Shown here: piece after piece, positions 11,649 to 25,000 of the stretch
Numbering within the stretch: position 1 is the first letter of the stretch
How the letters are laid out: the number at the start of each line of letters is the position of its first letter
Origin: Bugula neritina
Lineage: Eukaryota; Animalia; Bryozoa
Assembly (NCBI GenBank): GCA_964035545.1
Contig: OZ037770.1
Span: 12,762,642-12,826,641, forward strand
Length of the DNA: 64,000 nt
Reading direction: 5' to 3'
The notes under the pieces: generated by a model
What the model saw: the letters and a program-made list of their open reading frames with translations, nothing else
Told to the model about the DNA's origin: nothing
The model's database searches: none
Program-made: the position numbers and the translations under genes

Positions 11649-14600
11649 ATGGCATGTAAGTAGACATATTTGATACTTGCTTCAGGTCTGTGGGTTACAC
11701 TGTTCTATGATATACACAACAGCTTTCTCGGTCAACTCTAATCACATTTACTGCTACCGATTACGGATTACTTTATATTATTTATTTATTAATAATTATA
11801 TTCATGCTAATTAAATTTTTATAATTTTAAAATAATAATTAATTAATGATTCAATTGTTATTTTGTTATAAAACTGTTGTAGTTTTCATCCTTTTTGATT
11901 CAAAGACTGAGACAACTTTCTTTCTGTTTCATAACAAATTTAATGTTTTGCAAGTCTAAGCCAATATGAACCATCTGACAGGCTGCCATATGCCATTCGA
12001 CTCATTTTCTATTTGTGGTGACGCGAAGCTTTTATTATACTTGATCTCAATTACTTTGACCACTATCCAATTTTTCATAAATGTTGCTGTATTTTTAACC
12101 TGAAGCGGATTCTCTCAATTTCTCTCGCTACCGATCCAGTGTGTCAGTCTGTATAATTTTTAATTCACTTCAATAGCCAAAAGTCAATGCAATGGATGCC
12201 AGGGGCCTGGGTATGCCACCCCAATCGAAGCCATGGCTACAGCGCCTAGGGAGAAGTTAGTCTACTTGCCTTGCATACAAATCAAGGCAGGGAAAAGAGA
12301 CTATTTGGCAACAGTCAACATTGACCCATCCAGCACCGAGTATTGCAAGGTTTGAAAGTATTTATATTCTTCTATTTATATCTGTTGCAGAAATCATTGT
12401 TTGCTATAGAGTTCAATGCAATAGTTTTATAGCTATGGAAACTTGAGTTGCAGATTTGTTAGATGAAAAGCCTCTTTTTTCAAGAATAACTCTTGCTAAA
12501 GACCTTCTCCCCCTGAACTCCATGTTACTGTGAGCATTACTTAACAATCTATTGTAGTATACATTTAGGAGTACCTGCTTATGGACTGGTGTTTGTAGGT
12601 TATACACAGACTTCCTATGCTGCATGATAATGATGAGTTACATCACTCTGGGTGGAACACTTGTGCCAGTTGCTATGGTAACCCAGCTGCTAAGAGAGAC
12701 AAACTGATTCTCCCCTGTATTGGATCCAGTAGAATCTATATCATTGATGTCTCCACTCCACGCAGTCCTCGCATACATGCTGTAAGCTCTTATCCTCATG
12801 TGTTTAGTTTACTTGGTCTCCTGGCAACACAGTGCAGCACCAAATATTACGCCTAATCGTAGAGGTCTTCTGCTAATTTGCCAATTTTATATCTTTGGAG
12901 AGATTCACCTGGTCTAGCCAAAGTCACAAAAATGTGTACATCAGAAATATCAATACCATTTCAATAGAGAGCAAATTCATCATTTAAATGCATCATGTAA
13001 ATGATATTTGATTATTATTTGCTTTGTATATATTTTTGTCTTTATACTCTTTTGGATTGCAGTATTTTGTACACCACTGCACATTACGGTGGTTGGAATT
13101 GATATAGTCCACGTCTTCTTATGCAGAAATTGGTTGGTGTCCTGACATTGTTTATATAACTTGATTTTAAATTAAACATTGACTCAACACACATTTTTTT
13201 GGCAAGTTTTGTAACTTGAAACACTCCTAGTTGCCATGGTTACAACAATGGCTGCTATAAACAGAATAGGATCAGAGTTAGGAATAGAGCAGCAGAGTGT
13301 CTGGTTTTATGGCTGCTTCTAAACTCTCCGTATAAACTAGCTTTAAATTCTCAAAATTTTGCACGTCATGACATCTAAGGTTTAGAAGTAGTGAGTAGAA
13401 AAATTGCGATGAAGTAGATATATTGATTGGAATCAATCAGTAATCAAGGCATGAGCAGCTCTGTAATGTAAAATATTTGAGCAAAAGTGCTATATAATAC
13501 AATGTGATGTAACATATACTCAGAGTTGTATCATAACCATTCAAGTCAATAAGTCCTTCCAAGTCATATCAATGGTACTTTGATTTGACTTTGCAATACT
13601 TGATCAAGTCAATATAATATATGATGCTCATATAAATAATTACCTAAAATTTATAGAAGTTGCATGGTTGTTTCTTATTTGGCTGCAGAAATATGAAGAT
13701 TAAAATTGTAGCTTGCACTCTATTTCTTTTATCTATGCTGGAAAATTGTTATTAAAATTGAAATAACTAGTTCAGTCACTGACTACAATAACTGGGACAG
13801 CGGCTTAAGTTATGTTAGTAGTTCATTGCTAAAATACCTTGCTATCAAAACTAAATCCTTAAAAGTTTATCTAACCACTTGGTTATACATGCTGAAAAGT
13901 AAGCAGTTAGTCAATTTGTGACTTGTATTCAATTTTCTAAAATATGCATCAAAAAGTACAGATTTGTCAAGTTGGTTGTGCAAATTAACTCAAATATAAT
14001 CTGTAGTTTTAGTGAGTTTTTCAATTTCTCAAGTTAACAAGTGACGTAGTTTGTGCCCAGCTATTATATTATATTACTATATTATATTACAATATAATGT
14101 AATGTAACATAACGTATTAATAATATATTATACTGTAGCATAACATATAATTATATAATATCATATAACATAACATGAATATAATATAATGTAAAATAAC
14201 ATATAATTATATATGATAATGTAACATACACTGTGTGTGGTCCACTCAGGTGATTGAGCCGTCTGAGATGAAAGCGCTGGGAGTAACCAGACCACACACA
14301 GCTCACTGCATGGCTGACGGCGACGTGTTGATTAGCACAATGGCTGATGAAAATGATCAGAATAAAGGTATGTAACTGTCTCACTCTTTGGATTGGGAGG
14401 TTAAATGTGACCCATATAAATTATTTTATCATTCCTTTTGCAAAAACTTTTTAAAAGGAGTTAGAAATGATCTTTGGACCTAAGGGTATAAAGCAGTTGC
14501 TAGGGTCTAGATTTGTATGAAACCTAAGGCACATATCACAGTGTTAGTGTCCCTGTTAGCCATCCTTATGTTTTGAGTCAACAATTTCATGTAGTCTACT

Positions 14601-17600
14601 TGAAAATTTACATCTGTAGATTTTGTGGTTTCTGTCTTACTCCTTTCAGCTTTTAAGTTGTTTGTATTGTGTCTAACCTGAAAGCCTCTATGTCAATAAG
14701 TTTATCACTAATCAATCATTATCTGCTGAAACTGACAGTTAAAATTTTGATTTGAATATTGTTTTCCATTTGGTTTTTCGTTATTTTGTGGATGTGTTTT
14801 ATGCCATTTCGTTCATGAAGGATAAGTTGCCAAAAAGATCAATTTTGGCAAGTACTCACTATAAGCAGTAGTTAATGGCATAGAAAGGCAACATGCCTTG
14901 CAGCTATGACTTGAGGTTGCTGAGAGTAGGGAAGGGTTATCAGTTAGTAGATAGTGATGGAGTCATGGGAACACGCACACAGCCTTCCCAAAGTGGCATC
15001 TATAAATACTCTGTTTGTTTAGGTTAAACTCTGAACCCTAGGAATGTGTATTATCAACATCACGTTCACTTAGTGTGCTGCTGATAAGCAACAATTTGTG
15101 GTGCTTCAATGACAAACACACTACATTATCATCTTCTATGTTATAATATTGTTACCCAAGTATTATCTGGGAATTATAAGTTGTAATATGTAAGCAAAGT
15201 ATTGTGCAGGAATTGATGTACCAGTGAAATGAATTTGTTAGGTAACTTTAGAATTCTCAAAAGGTATTAAAAGATGCAAATCATTGAATGAATTTGGGGT
15301 TTGGGGTTTCATTTGATGAAAAATCAATTCGAATAATGCTTGGAAATTTAGCGATTAAAAGTGTTCAATTGCAATTTTCCAAGCCTTCTTTTAGTTTAGG
15401 ATATAAACATTTGAGTTTGGGAAATTTATGGTACTTCAGTGTAACCTATTGATATTGTTGTGTTTTAGTATATAGAAGTATTTATTGTAGCAGACTGAAA
15501 GAAAACAGCAAAACAGCAACGTGAAAAAGTTATATCATAATAAGTGTTAGGTATAAGTTGTAAGTTGAAAGTGTAATGGTAAGTAAAAATGCTGGGTTTT
15601 TATACCAGTCAAAAAGGTCAGCTATTGTGTAGTAGACAAAACTAGAGTGGAAAAAGCATAATATAGCTGGCATAGCTGTGATGATACATGAAAAGCTATA
15701 ATGAATTAGAGAAAAGCTTTCCCAACTCCTGTAATATCCCAACAGATATACTAGTCAACTCTCAATAGACTTTAGTTTGGGGGTTTGCCCAGCCCAGCCC
15801 GTTTTAGTTATGGTTTGGAGTTATAGCCTATTGGTGTTTTATTTATCTTTGTAATATCTGTCTCGGAAACACTCAGCTAACGTGTACTAAAACCCACCAT
15901 AATATGCAACACATATAATGCACAATAATATAGCCAAAAGTCCTAAACTCTTGAAAATGGTCCGCAAGCAGTGGTGCATGCAGAAAGATACAGGAATTGT
16001 TGCCAGAAAGTTTGTAAAAAACTTTCAGAGCTAATATGTTTTGAGTAGATTCACAAATAAGGTTTAGTAAAATGTGTAGACTCAGGTGTGCAAAAGGATA
16101 GAAATAAAAATCTTGGTAGTTAGCATTACAAGGAATTATAATAATAGGTAAAGTGTAATAAGTCTTATTATTTGTGAGAAATATTGAGTCTATTTTAACG
16201 CAGGTTTATGACCAAAGGCTGTGGTGGTAGCCTACATGCTTGTACTATAGCAATGACTACAAACTACTGTATACACAAAAGCATTGTAATCAGAAAGTGT
16301 GCCTTAGTTATATGGATGTAGATATCATAAGTATGGCGTATTTGCAGGGGCCTTTGTTCTGGTGTCCGGTAAAACATGGAAACTGAAGGGACTGTGGAGC
16401 AACCAGACGGTGAAACACAACTATGACTTCTGGTATCAGTATAGAGACAACACCCTCATATCCTCAGAGTGGGGAAACCCTAGCTGTTGGTGGAAAGGAT
16501 TTGACAACTCCAGGGTGAGAGAAGGTAAGCCTGTAGTTTACCGTGGAGGCCGAATTCACACTTTGCCGTCAAATGTCAGCCATGTTTAACGTGTCCGGAC
16601 TAAAGTTCTCAAACTCCACTATTGAGTAAGATTTATCAAACCTCATTGGATATTTAGATCCAATGAGTTGACGCGAACGTCTCCCTGTCCAACAGGAGCA
16701 TGACATAATTTTTTAATCAAGCAGTGTTTGATCTTCGACTTACCGTAACATCGTACGTTCAGCCCGGACATTTTAAAATTGGCTGATATTTGCCTTTACT
16801 GTCGACGTTACTGCAAAGTGTGTCTGAGGGGTGACAGCCATCACTGGCCTGGTTTTACCTTTATAAGATTCACCATCAAATAACATCAATTCAAAAAATA
16901 TATACTTTTAGTTAGTATACGATGCAGGCCTGTGAAGATTTATTATATTATATAGATAAATGTAAGTTCATAGTTGACCACAGCATCTTTTGCAGTGAAT
17001 AGGTTTATAAATATTGAAATAAGAGCCAAAATGTAATGTTTTATATACATATAGTGTAATATGTTTGGTCATGAACATAGTAGCTATGGTATATTTGAGC
17101 TCTACAACATCTAGTACTCGCTCACATAGATAAACTGTTACCACATGCTTAGATAATCAATGTGCCACTACAGCAAGTTCGTTTTAAACCTTAGCAACAT
17201 TTCATGGACAGGGTATGCTGTAAAGTATAAAGTTATGCTCACTATAATGAGCAGAGAAACTGTTGATATTGCGAGTTAGCCAAATACTTGACTGTGTTTA
17301 TGCCATGAATTGCTAGATGACAATTTAATTAGCTCATGTCCAAAATAAATGACTATGTCCTGATATAAAAATGGTTTTACACCCCTTAAATTTTTTGCAC
17401 AAGAAAACTCAGCAAGTTTATAGTAGCTATCCCTGTGAGAAACCCTGATAGAAGGGGTTTTTGTTAATGGGGGCTAAGGACTTATTTAGATGAGGCACAG
17501 GAGCAATTATGACTAGATGCTCTTCCTAACACACCAATGGTCTTTGTCAGGGCTCAAACCCATGTTTACTAGGCAAATGCTCTAACCCCTAGACCACAGC

Positions 17601-20600
17601 AGTTCCTTATGTTTTTTGCACAAATAGTTTGTATAAAACAGTTCAAATGTCATTTCAATGTTTATATAACTCTTGGACTAGTCAACTAGTACCTGGTGCA
17701 TAAGCCAACAACTTTTTTAGCTAGGTTTCCTTCCAGGTTCCAGTGTATATATGGGACGTCAGTAACAACCAACCTTGATCTTTGTTGGCTAACTTCAACC
17801 AAGTGACTGACTTTCAGTTCAATTTATTCTGCTAGCATTAACTTTACACAATTGAACTTTGCAGTAAATATTGGACAAGGGTTGTCCAACCTTTCAGAAC
17901 CACTGAGAGGGAATATTTTGGTAGCAAGAGCCATTTTGTAAAACTGGGGGTCACAGCATCAGTGTTTTTATATTACTTTGTTGCAAATTCTTACGAATCC
18001 TTACACAATAAATAGTTACTGCAGACTGCATTTTCTGTAGCATGTGTATAAATAAGACACTTAAAAAGAAGTTTTTCACTCTCATTCATATGGTGTGAGA
18101 AAAATAGTTTTATGCCTTTGAGGGGCATATAAATGTAGACTGGGGACCATATCCTGGACATTTGGACAGCTGATTTGTATGTAGACTGTGTTCTAGAATA
18201 TTCTAGAACTTAGAAGAATCAACTACTGTAAGAAACATTTTAATCGTTTAATCTTATGACCCTAGACTATGGCCATGAGCTGCACATCTGGGACTTCAAG
18301 ACACACCAGTATAAGTACAGCATCCCCCTAGGAGACGAGGGTAGAATCCCTCTTGAGACCAGGTTCCTACACGACCCTTCAAAGTCGGAGGGGTTTGTAG
18401 GGTGCGCCTACTCTAGCAATGTCTTCAGATTCTTCAAGGATCCTGTATGTTGGCATTGTTATATCTGTGTTTTAAGTTAATGCAGTTACTTGTACATGAC
18501 TAGTGTGTGTATTATTTATATATAACCAATGTGTTCATTACTTGTTGTTGTGATAACATTGCAGTGTTTTATAACATATACAATATAATTTTATAAAATA
18601 TTGAAAATAACTTTTAATGTTGTTATTCAGGGACTGGTCAAACAAAGTTTAAAAATTTTACTTTTAAGCAAATAAATTTATATAATATAATATAAAATTA
18701 TATATATATATATATATATATTACATCATCATATGACATTTTTAGCTGCAGATTAAACTTTCACTCATATGTAGCAATATTAAACATCACTTGACTGCCT
18801 CTTTTATTTACAGCTTGGAATTTGGCAAGCCGAGAAAGTGATTGACATTCCAGCTAAAAGTGTGGAAGGCTGGGCTTTACCTTACATGCCAGGTAGATCT
18901 ACCTTTCTGTAACTTACCTTAACTTACACTATAGTTACATCTACTTCTCTATTATAAGTATCTCTCCATATATAACTTACCTCTACCTTTGTATAACTTA
19001 CCTCTACCTTTCTATAACGTACATCTACCTATCTATAACCTACTTTAACTTACATACCAAGTATATTCAACTTACTTTACGTTGGCTAATCAAAGTATTT
19101 AAATATTGTGGGAAACAGCATTCACCTTATAGAATGGTAGAAGCAATGCATGTATTCTAATTTTGTTAGAATAGCGTTTATCCAAATATTGATATCAAAA
19201 CAATAACTGCATATTTAGGCATAGGCCATTCTTTCAGCTGGTTGTAGGTTTTGCTATCAGCTTTGGAAATTGTAGGCTATGCAACTGTCAACTGATATTA
19301 AATGATATATACAGATACAAATATGCAGAGGTTGTATTTTTAGCCTGCTATAATTCATTTTATCTTTCCCAGGCCTTATCACTGATATCCTCATTTCTAT
19401 GGATGACAGATTTCTCTACTTCTCAAACTGGATTCAGGGAGATCTCAGACAGTACGATATCTCTGATACCAGAAACCCGAGGCTTGTGGGAAGAGTGAGT
19501 ATTGCGCAATATTATGTAACGTGTGAATTATCACACCCTGTCACCCATTGTTATTCCTGTATTTCTGTTACTTCCATCAACCCATCAACAATGTCAAAGC
19601 AATATTACGCAATGTATGATCCGCAATGTGTGATCCGCAATGTGTGATCGTATTTTAATAATCTCTAGAATTGTCACACCCTGTCATGCATTACTATTTT
19701 AAAACTCCTAACTTCTGTTATTTTTATTAGCCTATCAACAATGTCTTGGCAGATGATTTATTTAAAATGATATTCAAATTTTTTTTCGACAGCTTTTCCT
19801 TGGTGGCAGTATAACTTCTGACAGTGGAGTTAAGACAGTGAATGACCTTGAACCCCAGCCAGCTCCTGTATACGTCAAGGGAAGAAAACTCCACGGAGGG
19901 CCACAGATGATTCAACTGAGTCTGGATGGTAAACGTCTGTACCTGACGGACTCGCTCCTGTCTGGGTGGGACAGGCAGTTCTACCCTAACATGGTCAAGT
20001 ATGAGTCACTCCAACCTTTCTCACGTGATATTTGATTGGACCAACTACTGTTACACTCTATATGATTGGTGAATAAAATGAAGCTCTTATTTAGGAATGG
20101 CTCCGTGATGCTGCAAGTTGACGTGGACACGGAGAAAGGAGGCCTTACTCTAAACAAGAACTTCTTGGTGGACTTCGGCAAGGAACCAGGTGGTCCAGTG
20201 CTCGCTCACGAGATCCGTTACCCTGGCGGTGACTGTACTAGTGACATCTACCTTCCACCTGTAAGTGTATAATTACTGACCTGTGGTGTCAGGTTAAAGG
20301 TCAATTATTGTGACCCTTTTCTTTTTACATTAACATTCATCCTTTGAGAAAGTTGTTTTAATATAAAAACATCAGTGAAGTAGTGATTAATTTCTGCAAG
20401 TGATATTTTGATTGGTAATTGTCGTCTCTTTGACACAAACCAGCCTCAACAAAGCATAAGATTAAGCAAATTCATAGATTTATAGCAGTGTGATGCTTAA
20501 AGTGAACAGATTTCTTCAAATGTCAAAACTGCACTGGCTGCGCAAATTGGTGTCAATGGTTAAGGAAGCCACTTGAAAACCAAAAAAAAAATTTGAAAAT

Positions 20601-21079
20601 AACAAAATGTGTCTGGTCTGAATAATTTTATGAGTCCACTTCAGACATCCGTGAAAAACAAAAGTGACATAGTAGCAAACACAGCTGTATGTTTCCTGGT
20701 TCCCATAGCATCTGTGCAGCTCAGTTAACCTTTGCAGCTGCCCTTCTTAGTGTGTTAGTTGTAATAATTGTAGAATGTCACTTTGATACTCCCAAGTCAT
20801 TTTAAGGATCTTCAGTCACTTTGATAATTTAAGTCAATATTATATATCAAGTCAGTTTCCTAGTCAAGTATATTTTATAAGTCAAGTTTAATCAAATGAT
20901 TAGCTGCAAGAACTGAGTAAAAGATTGCCAGTTGAATGCTTGTGATGCTCAATTCAAAGAAATGCTCTAGGAGCATGTGCAGATATTGTTGAATCTCGTA
21001 TGCTGTTGAGTAATGTTTCAGGTGACGAATTTCTTTGTTTTTTTTGCAGGAGAAATTGGCTGGAAGTGCCAAGCTGTAA
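11649..21079 (+). CDS. SELENBP1: Selenium-binding protein 1 / methanethiol oxidase (SBP56 family), 11 coding exons, 479 aa
   Basis: Exons 11649-11655, 12177-12349, 12599-12781, 14250-14367, 16348-16524, 18266-18444, 18814-18892, 19373-19494, 19793-19998, 20095-20260, 21050-21079 (1440 nt, in frame). Motifs [89 protein letters not shown]. Read-through of the last donor would instead stop at 20272. Confidence 0.96.
16545..16832. mobile_element. Probable MITE (~290 bp) in a SELENBP1 intron
   Basis: Terminal inverted similarity cacactttgc / gcaaagtgtg, internal aaatgtcagc / gctgatattt and tgtccgg / ccggaca; CpG-rich relative to its flanks. Confidence 0.5.
17405..17605 (-). mobile_element. tRNA-derived SINE copy
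   Basis: Reverse complement of the family core (caggagcaattatgact.gatgctcttcctaaca). Confidence 0.8.
17877..18172. mobile_element. Non-autonomous hAT-like DNA element (~295 bp)
   Basis: TIR-like ends caagggttgtccaa ... ttggacagctg; second partial copy at ~1190-1345. Confidence 0.5.
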
Positions 21080-22012
21080 GCTGCTTACGACAATCTAGAT
21101 TTGAACTCTGAGTAGTTCAATCAGATAAATCATTAGCTATTATTTATATTTTAATTTGAAATGAAATCCAATAACTAATGCCAACATATGTAATAAACAT
21201 CTTTGGGTGCTGGATAATGAAGGTTGTGATTTATTTTTACTTTTGTATTTTGATCTATGCAAGGGGTATGTAAGAAAATAAATGTTGATGTTATATGCAA
21301 TGAGTGGACTCCGAAAAGTTAAATGGATGCTAAATATACCTGAGAGAATTTCAATGAAGAGCATAGTCATTGCTAGAATCTAAAATAGCAATTGAATAAG
21401 TGACAAGAACTAAAAGCAATAGTTATGATACTTGTGCAATTATCATGTCCATGGAGCACCTGTTACACATACAGCTGTCACTCAAACACCTGTCACAGCT
21501 GTCACTCAAAAACTTGTCTAGTATAGAGCCAAATACTAACCGATTGCGCTGGGCTAAAGGCTTGGGAACATAATATTATAAACCTAACAATATTTTTTCC
21601 TTCACTTTCAGAAATATTGACACTAGATATATAAAAATAATTGAAGATTTATTTTATATTTCACGAGCTTCAAATATTTTAAAAGCATAACTTGTACAAT
21701 TACACAATTATTAAGGCAAGTATAATAAAAACCACGTAATCAAGATTAAAAAAAGAATTACAAGCAATTATAGTAAAAACCTGACAAAATCCTTGAAATT
21801 AAAAGCTATCATCATTGCAATAAATAAATAAATGGATTATAGAATATACATGCCTATACAAGTAATATACATATGAATAATGTGTGTTTTCTATTGGCTA
21901 TAGACAGCATTGAAAAACAGCCTATCAAAGTAGAGTTCACATAAGTGGGCGGGTGCAAATGATATTCACATTACATGATGGAAAGTTTTGAATCATAAAA
22001 TACAAACTGTTG

Positions 22013-25000
22013 TCAAGTAATCTCTTTGAGACTTTCATTAGAATCTGCATCTTTCTCTGTTGTTGGTAGAGCAGGGAATAACTTGGTAAGTTTAGACTTG
22101 TCTTCCCCTGATATAAATAGTCCTACTCTGTCCAAATAGTGTAAAAACCTACAGCGATACAAGCACATTGCAGGCTTCAATCATCAATATTTTAGCAGCT
22201 CGGTATTTACAACATCAGCGTTTAATCTCTGTGTTATTGGTATGTTCAGAGCTTGGTATTGGCAGCACAGCTTGTGACTTGAGTGGGTTCAATTGAGAGC
22301 AAAAAATCTTTGGATACCATGAGCTCATGTGGTGTAGTCCAAAGATTCCGGGGGAATAAGAATTACTAGAAATATGGATAATTTGAGTATAGAAAGACTA
22401 TACTGGTGTTCTTTTATGAAAGAGAAACCAATACCAAAGGTGCATTGAATACCAGCTTATTACTGATCTAAATATTCATACCATTTCTTTAAAACTAGCC
22501 AAGTTTGAGCCTTTCCACTTTTATAACAGGTACAATGCATATGCATCATATACTTGTAACAATTCAACCAAACAACAAATTATTTCATAACAGCTGACTT
22601 TGCAAGTTACGCAATCAACTGTTAAGGCACAGAAATACTTAGATATTAGAAGTCGTCTGTCCTATATTTATAATGAGCAAAAAGAGAAGCAAACGGTGGA
22701 GGGATGCCACATCATGTTATTAGTTTTAAATAAAAGCTTACTTGAAATGTCACGTTTTCAGAAAAAAGAATTGAATAGAAGGCTTCAGGGATAAAAACAT
22801 AATGTTGACACCTACATGTTGACACCCACGTGCAGGTAAGTTCAGAATAAGGTAGACAGACACAAAAATTTACCTGCGAGATTCCTTTAATTCTTTGCGT
22901 ACGTCTTCTGAGAAACATACAGATTGCAGAAAGGGGAAGAAATCTAGAGTGAGAGTCATGTCAGAGATGTCCATAGAAGAGGGGGGCAATTCATCTCGTA
23001 TAGACAAGACCAAATGAGAAAGAGGAATATCCATGCTAAATTAAAATCAACATCAGAGTTAGATATGAGCTAATGCTCCTGCAAATGCACGATTATCTCA
23101 AATCTGCACTGATATATAAAAAATTTGTTAAAATTGGCATTTGTAGAAAGAAATATTACTCTTGTAGTTGTCATGAGCAATAGAAATGGAAGCAAAATGC
23201 AACAAAAATGAAAACAAATTCACAATCCAATAAATTTATTGTTAGCAACCACAAAAATAAACCAACAAGAGTTATTAAAAAAGAAATTTTCCTCATAAAA
23301 ACTAAAGCTAAAATAACATGAATTATGAATTGAATACCACAGTTAATACCGAAGGCTAACTAGAGGCTAATAGCCTTAGTTACAAGGACACACACCTGGC
23401 CGTGTCGTGCTTAGAGTGAGGTAGGCTGAATGTGTTTCTAAGGAGCTCAGTGTAAGCTGACTTGAAGCGAGACACACTGGACCACAGGACAGGGCCTGAG
23501 GAGACTGTGGTTAGCATCCCTTCCTCTGCTACCAGACGAGACTTCAAGCTGAACAGAGAGAATACGTAATGTATACACCAGCCGGTATAAGTTGGTAGTA
23601 TGACAGAGCTTCAGTAATCAAGTAACTATCCTGTTGTGACCTAGTAAACTGTGACCCAGTAAAAGGTGACCTAATAAACTGTGACAGTAAATTGGGACCT
23701 ACATTTCATTACTCTCTGATAAATAAAGTAACAACTGAGCAGTCAAGCGACGAGCGTAGATTAATGCTGAATTACACATCCCAGGGCCCCCCTAGTCCTC
23801 CACCCTCTGTAGTCCCCGACCCTCTACACCTCCCATAACCAGCTATTGTACAGTACACAAAGTACCTGGAGAGCTTGGACATAGAGTGAGCACTTTTAGT
23901 CTTGGAGCTGTGATGGTGGTTGATGATATCTAGAGTAGCCTGATATCTTGATATCTTAGCTAGGTTCTGTAGCGGGGAGCCCAGATCACGACCCTTCTTC
24001 TAAAGGAGAAAATCGACAATTCAAGGTTACATTTTACCATGGGAAATGCATTCAGCTAAAAATTATATTAGCACGTTACCTTAATCGGCAAGCCTGGGAG
24101 AAATGGTTAATTGTGTATATAAAACTACAAAAACAAGAATTATGGTGCACATTATATAACACTTTTAACTTAATATAACATAAATCTAATGGATCCGCTG
24201 TTAAACTGATTTTGATTACACAAGTCAACTATAGGAGTTGTTAACACATCCAATACACTGAACAATGGTGCTTGAACCGTTACACATGTTAGAATTATTA
24301 TATTCTAGTCCTAATCAATTCAAGGGGCAACAAATCCTACCTTAGGCTTATTTTTCGTAGACTCAGTACAGCTAGCCTGTAGACCACCACTGGAGATAAG
24401 ATATTGGACTTGCAGTATGCACCTCCTAATATCACACTTGAACTTAGTAACTAAGGCTAGCATAGCCTGGAAATTAGCTACTTCCTGTTCCACGAGCGAC
24501 ACTAGGCAGAGATACGCGGCGATCTCACTCTGTAACAGACAGGAAATGAGTTGAATGACTCAGTCACATGACCACAGCATATTTAAATGCTGGCACATCT
24601 TCAACAGTTTGCGGTTCTCTAGGATGAAAATAATTAGGAATGTCGCCGATTTGATTGCTCAACATAACTCACACCGTAATGATTCTCAAAGGTTAATCAA
24701 TATGTCTTATTGGCATTGTGTATTTCTCTATTCAAAACCCAAATGGGTTATTGCAAATAATTTGTTTAGATGACAAATAGGCAATATTATTCAATAAATT
24801 AATTACAAATAGTTGATGAGCTTATCAAAATAAATTGAATAATTAAAACTAATAATCATAATAAAGTACTCAGCTTTTAAAAATGTTAATACATTTATTT
24901 TGGTTCAACGATGAAGTTTTTTACATTTTATCAATCACCAGTACAGATTTGGCTGGAAAAACTGAGTAGACTTACATTGACGTAAGGAGTAACCTCCACA

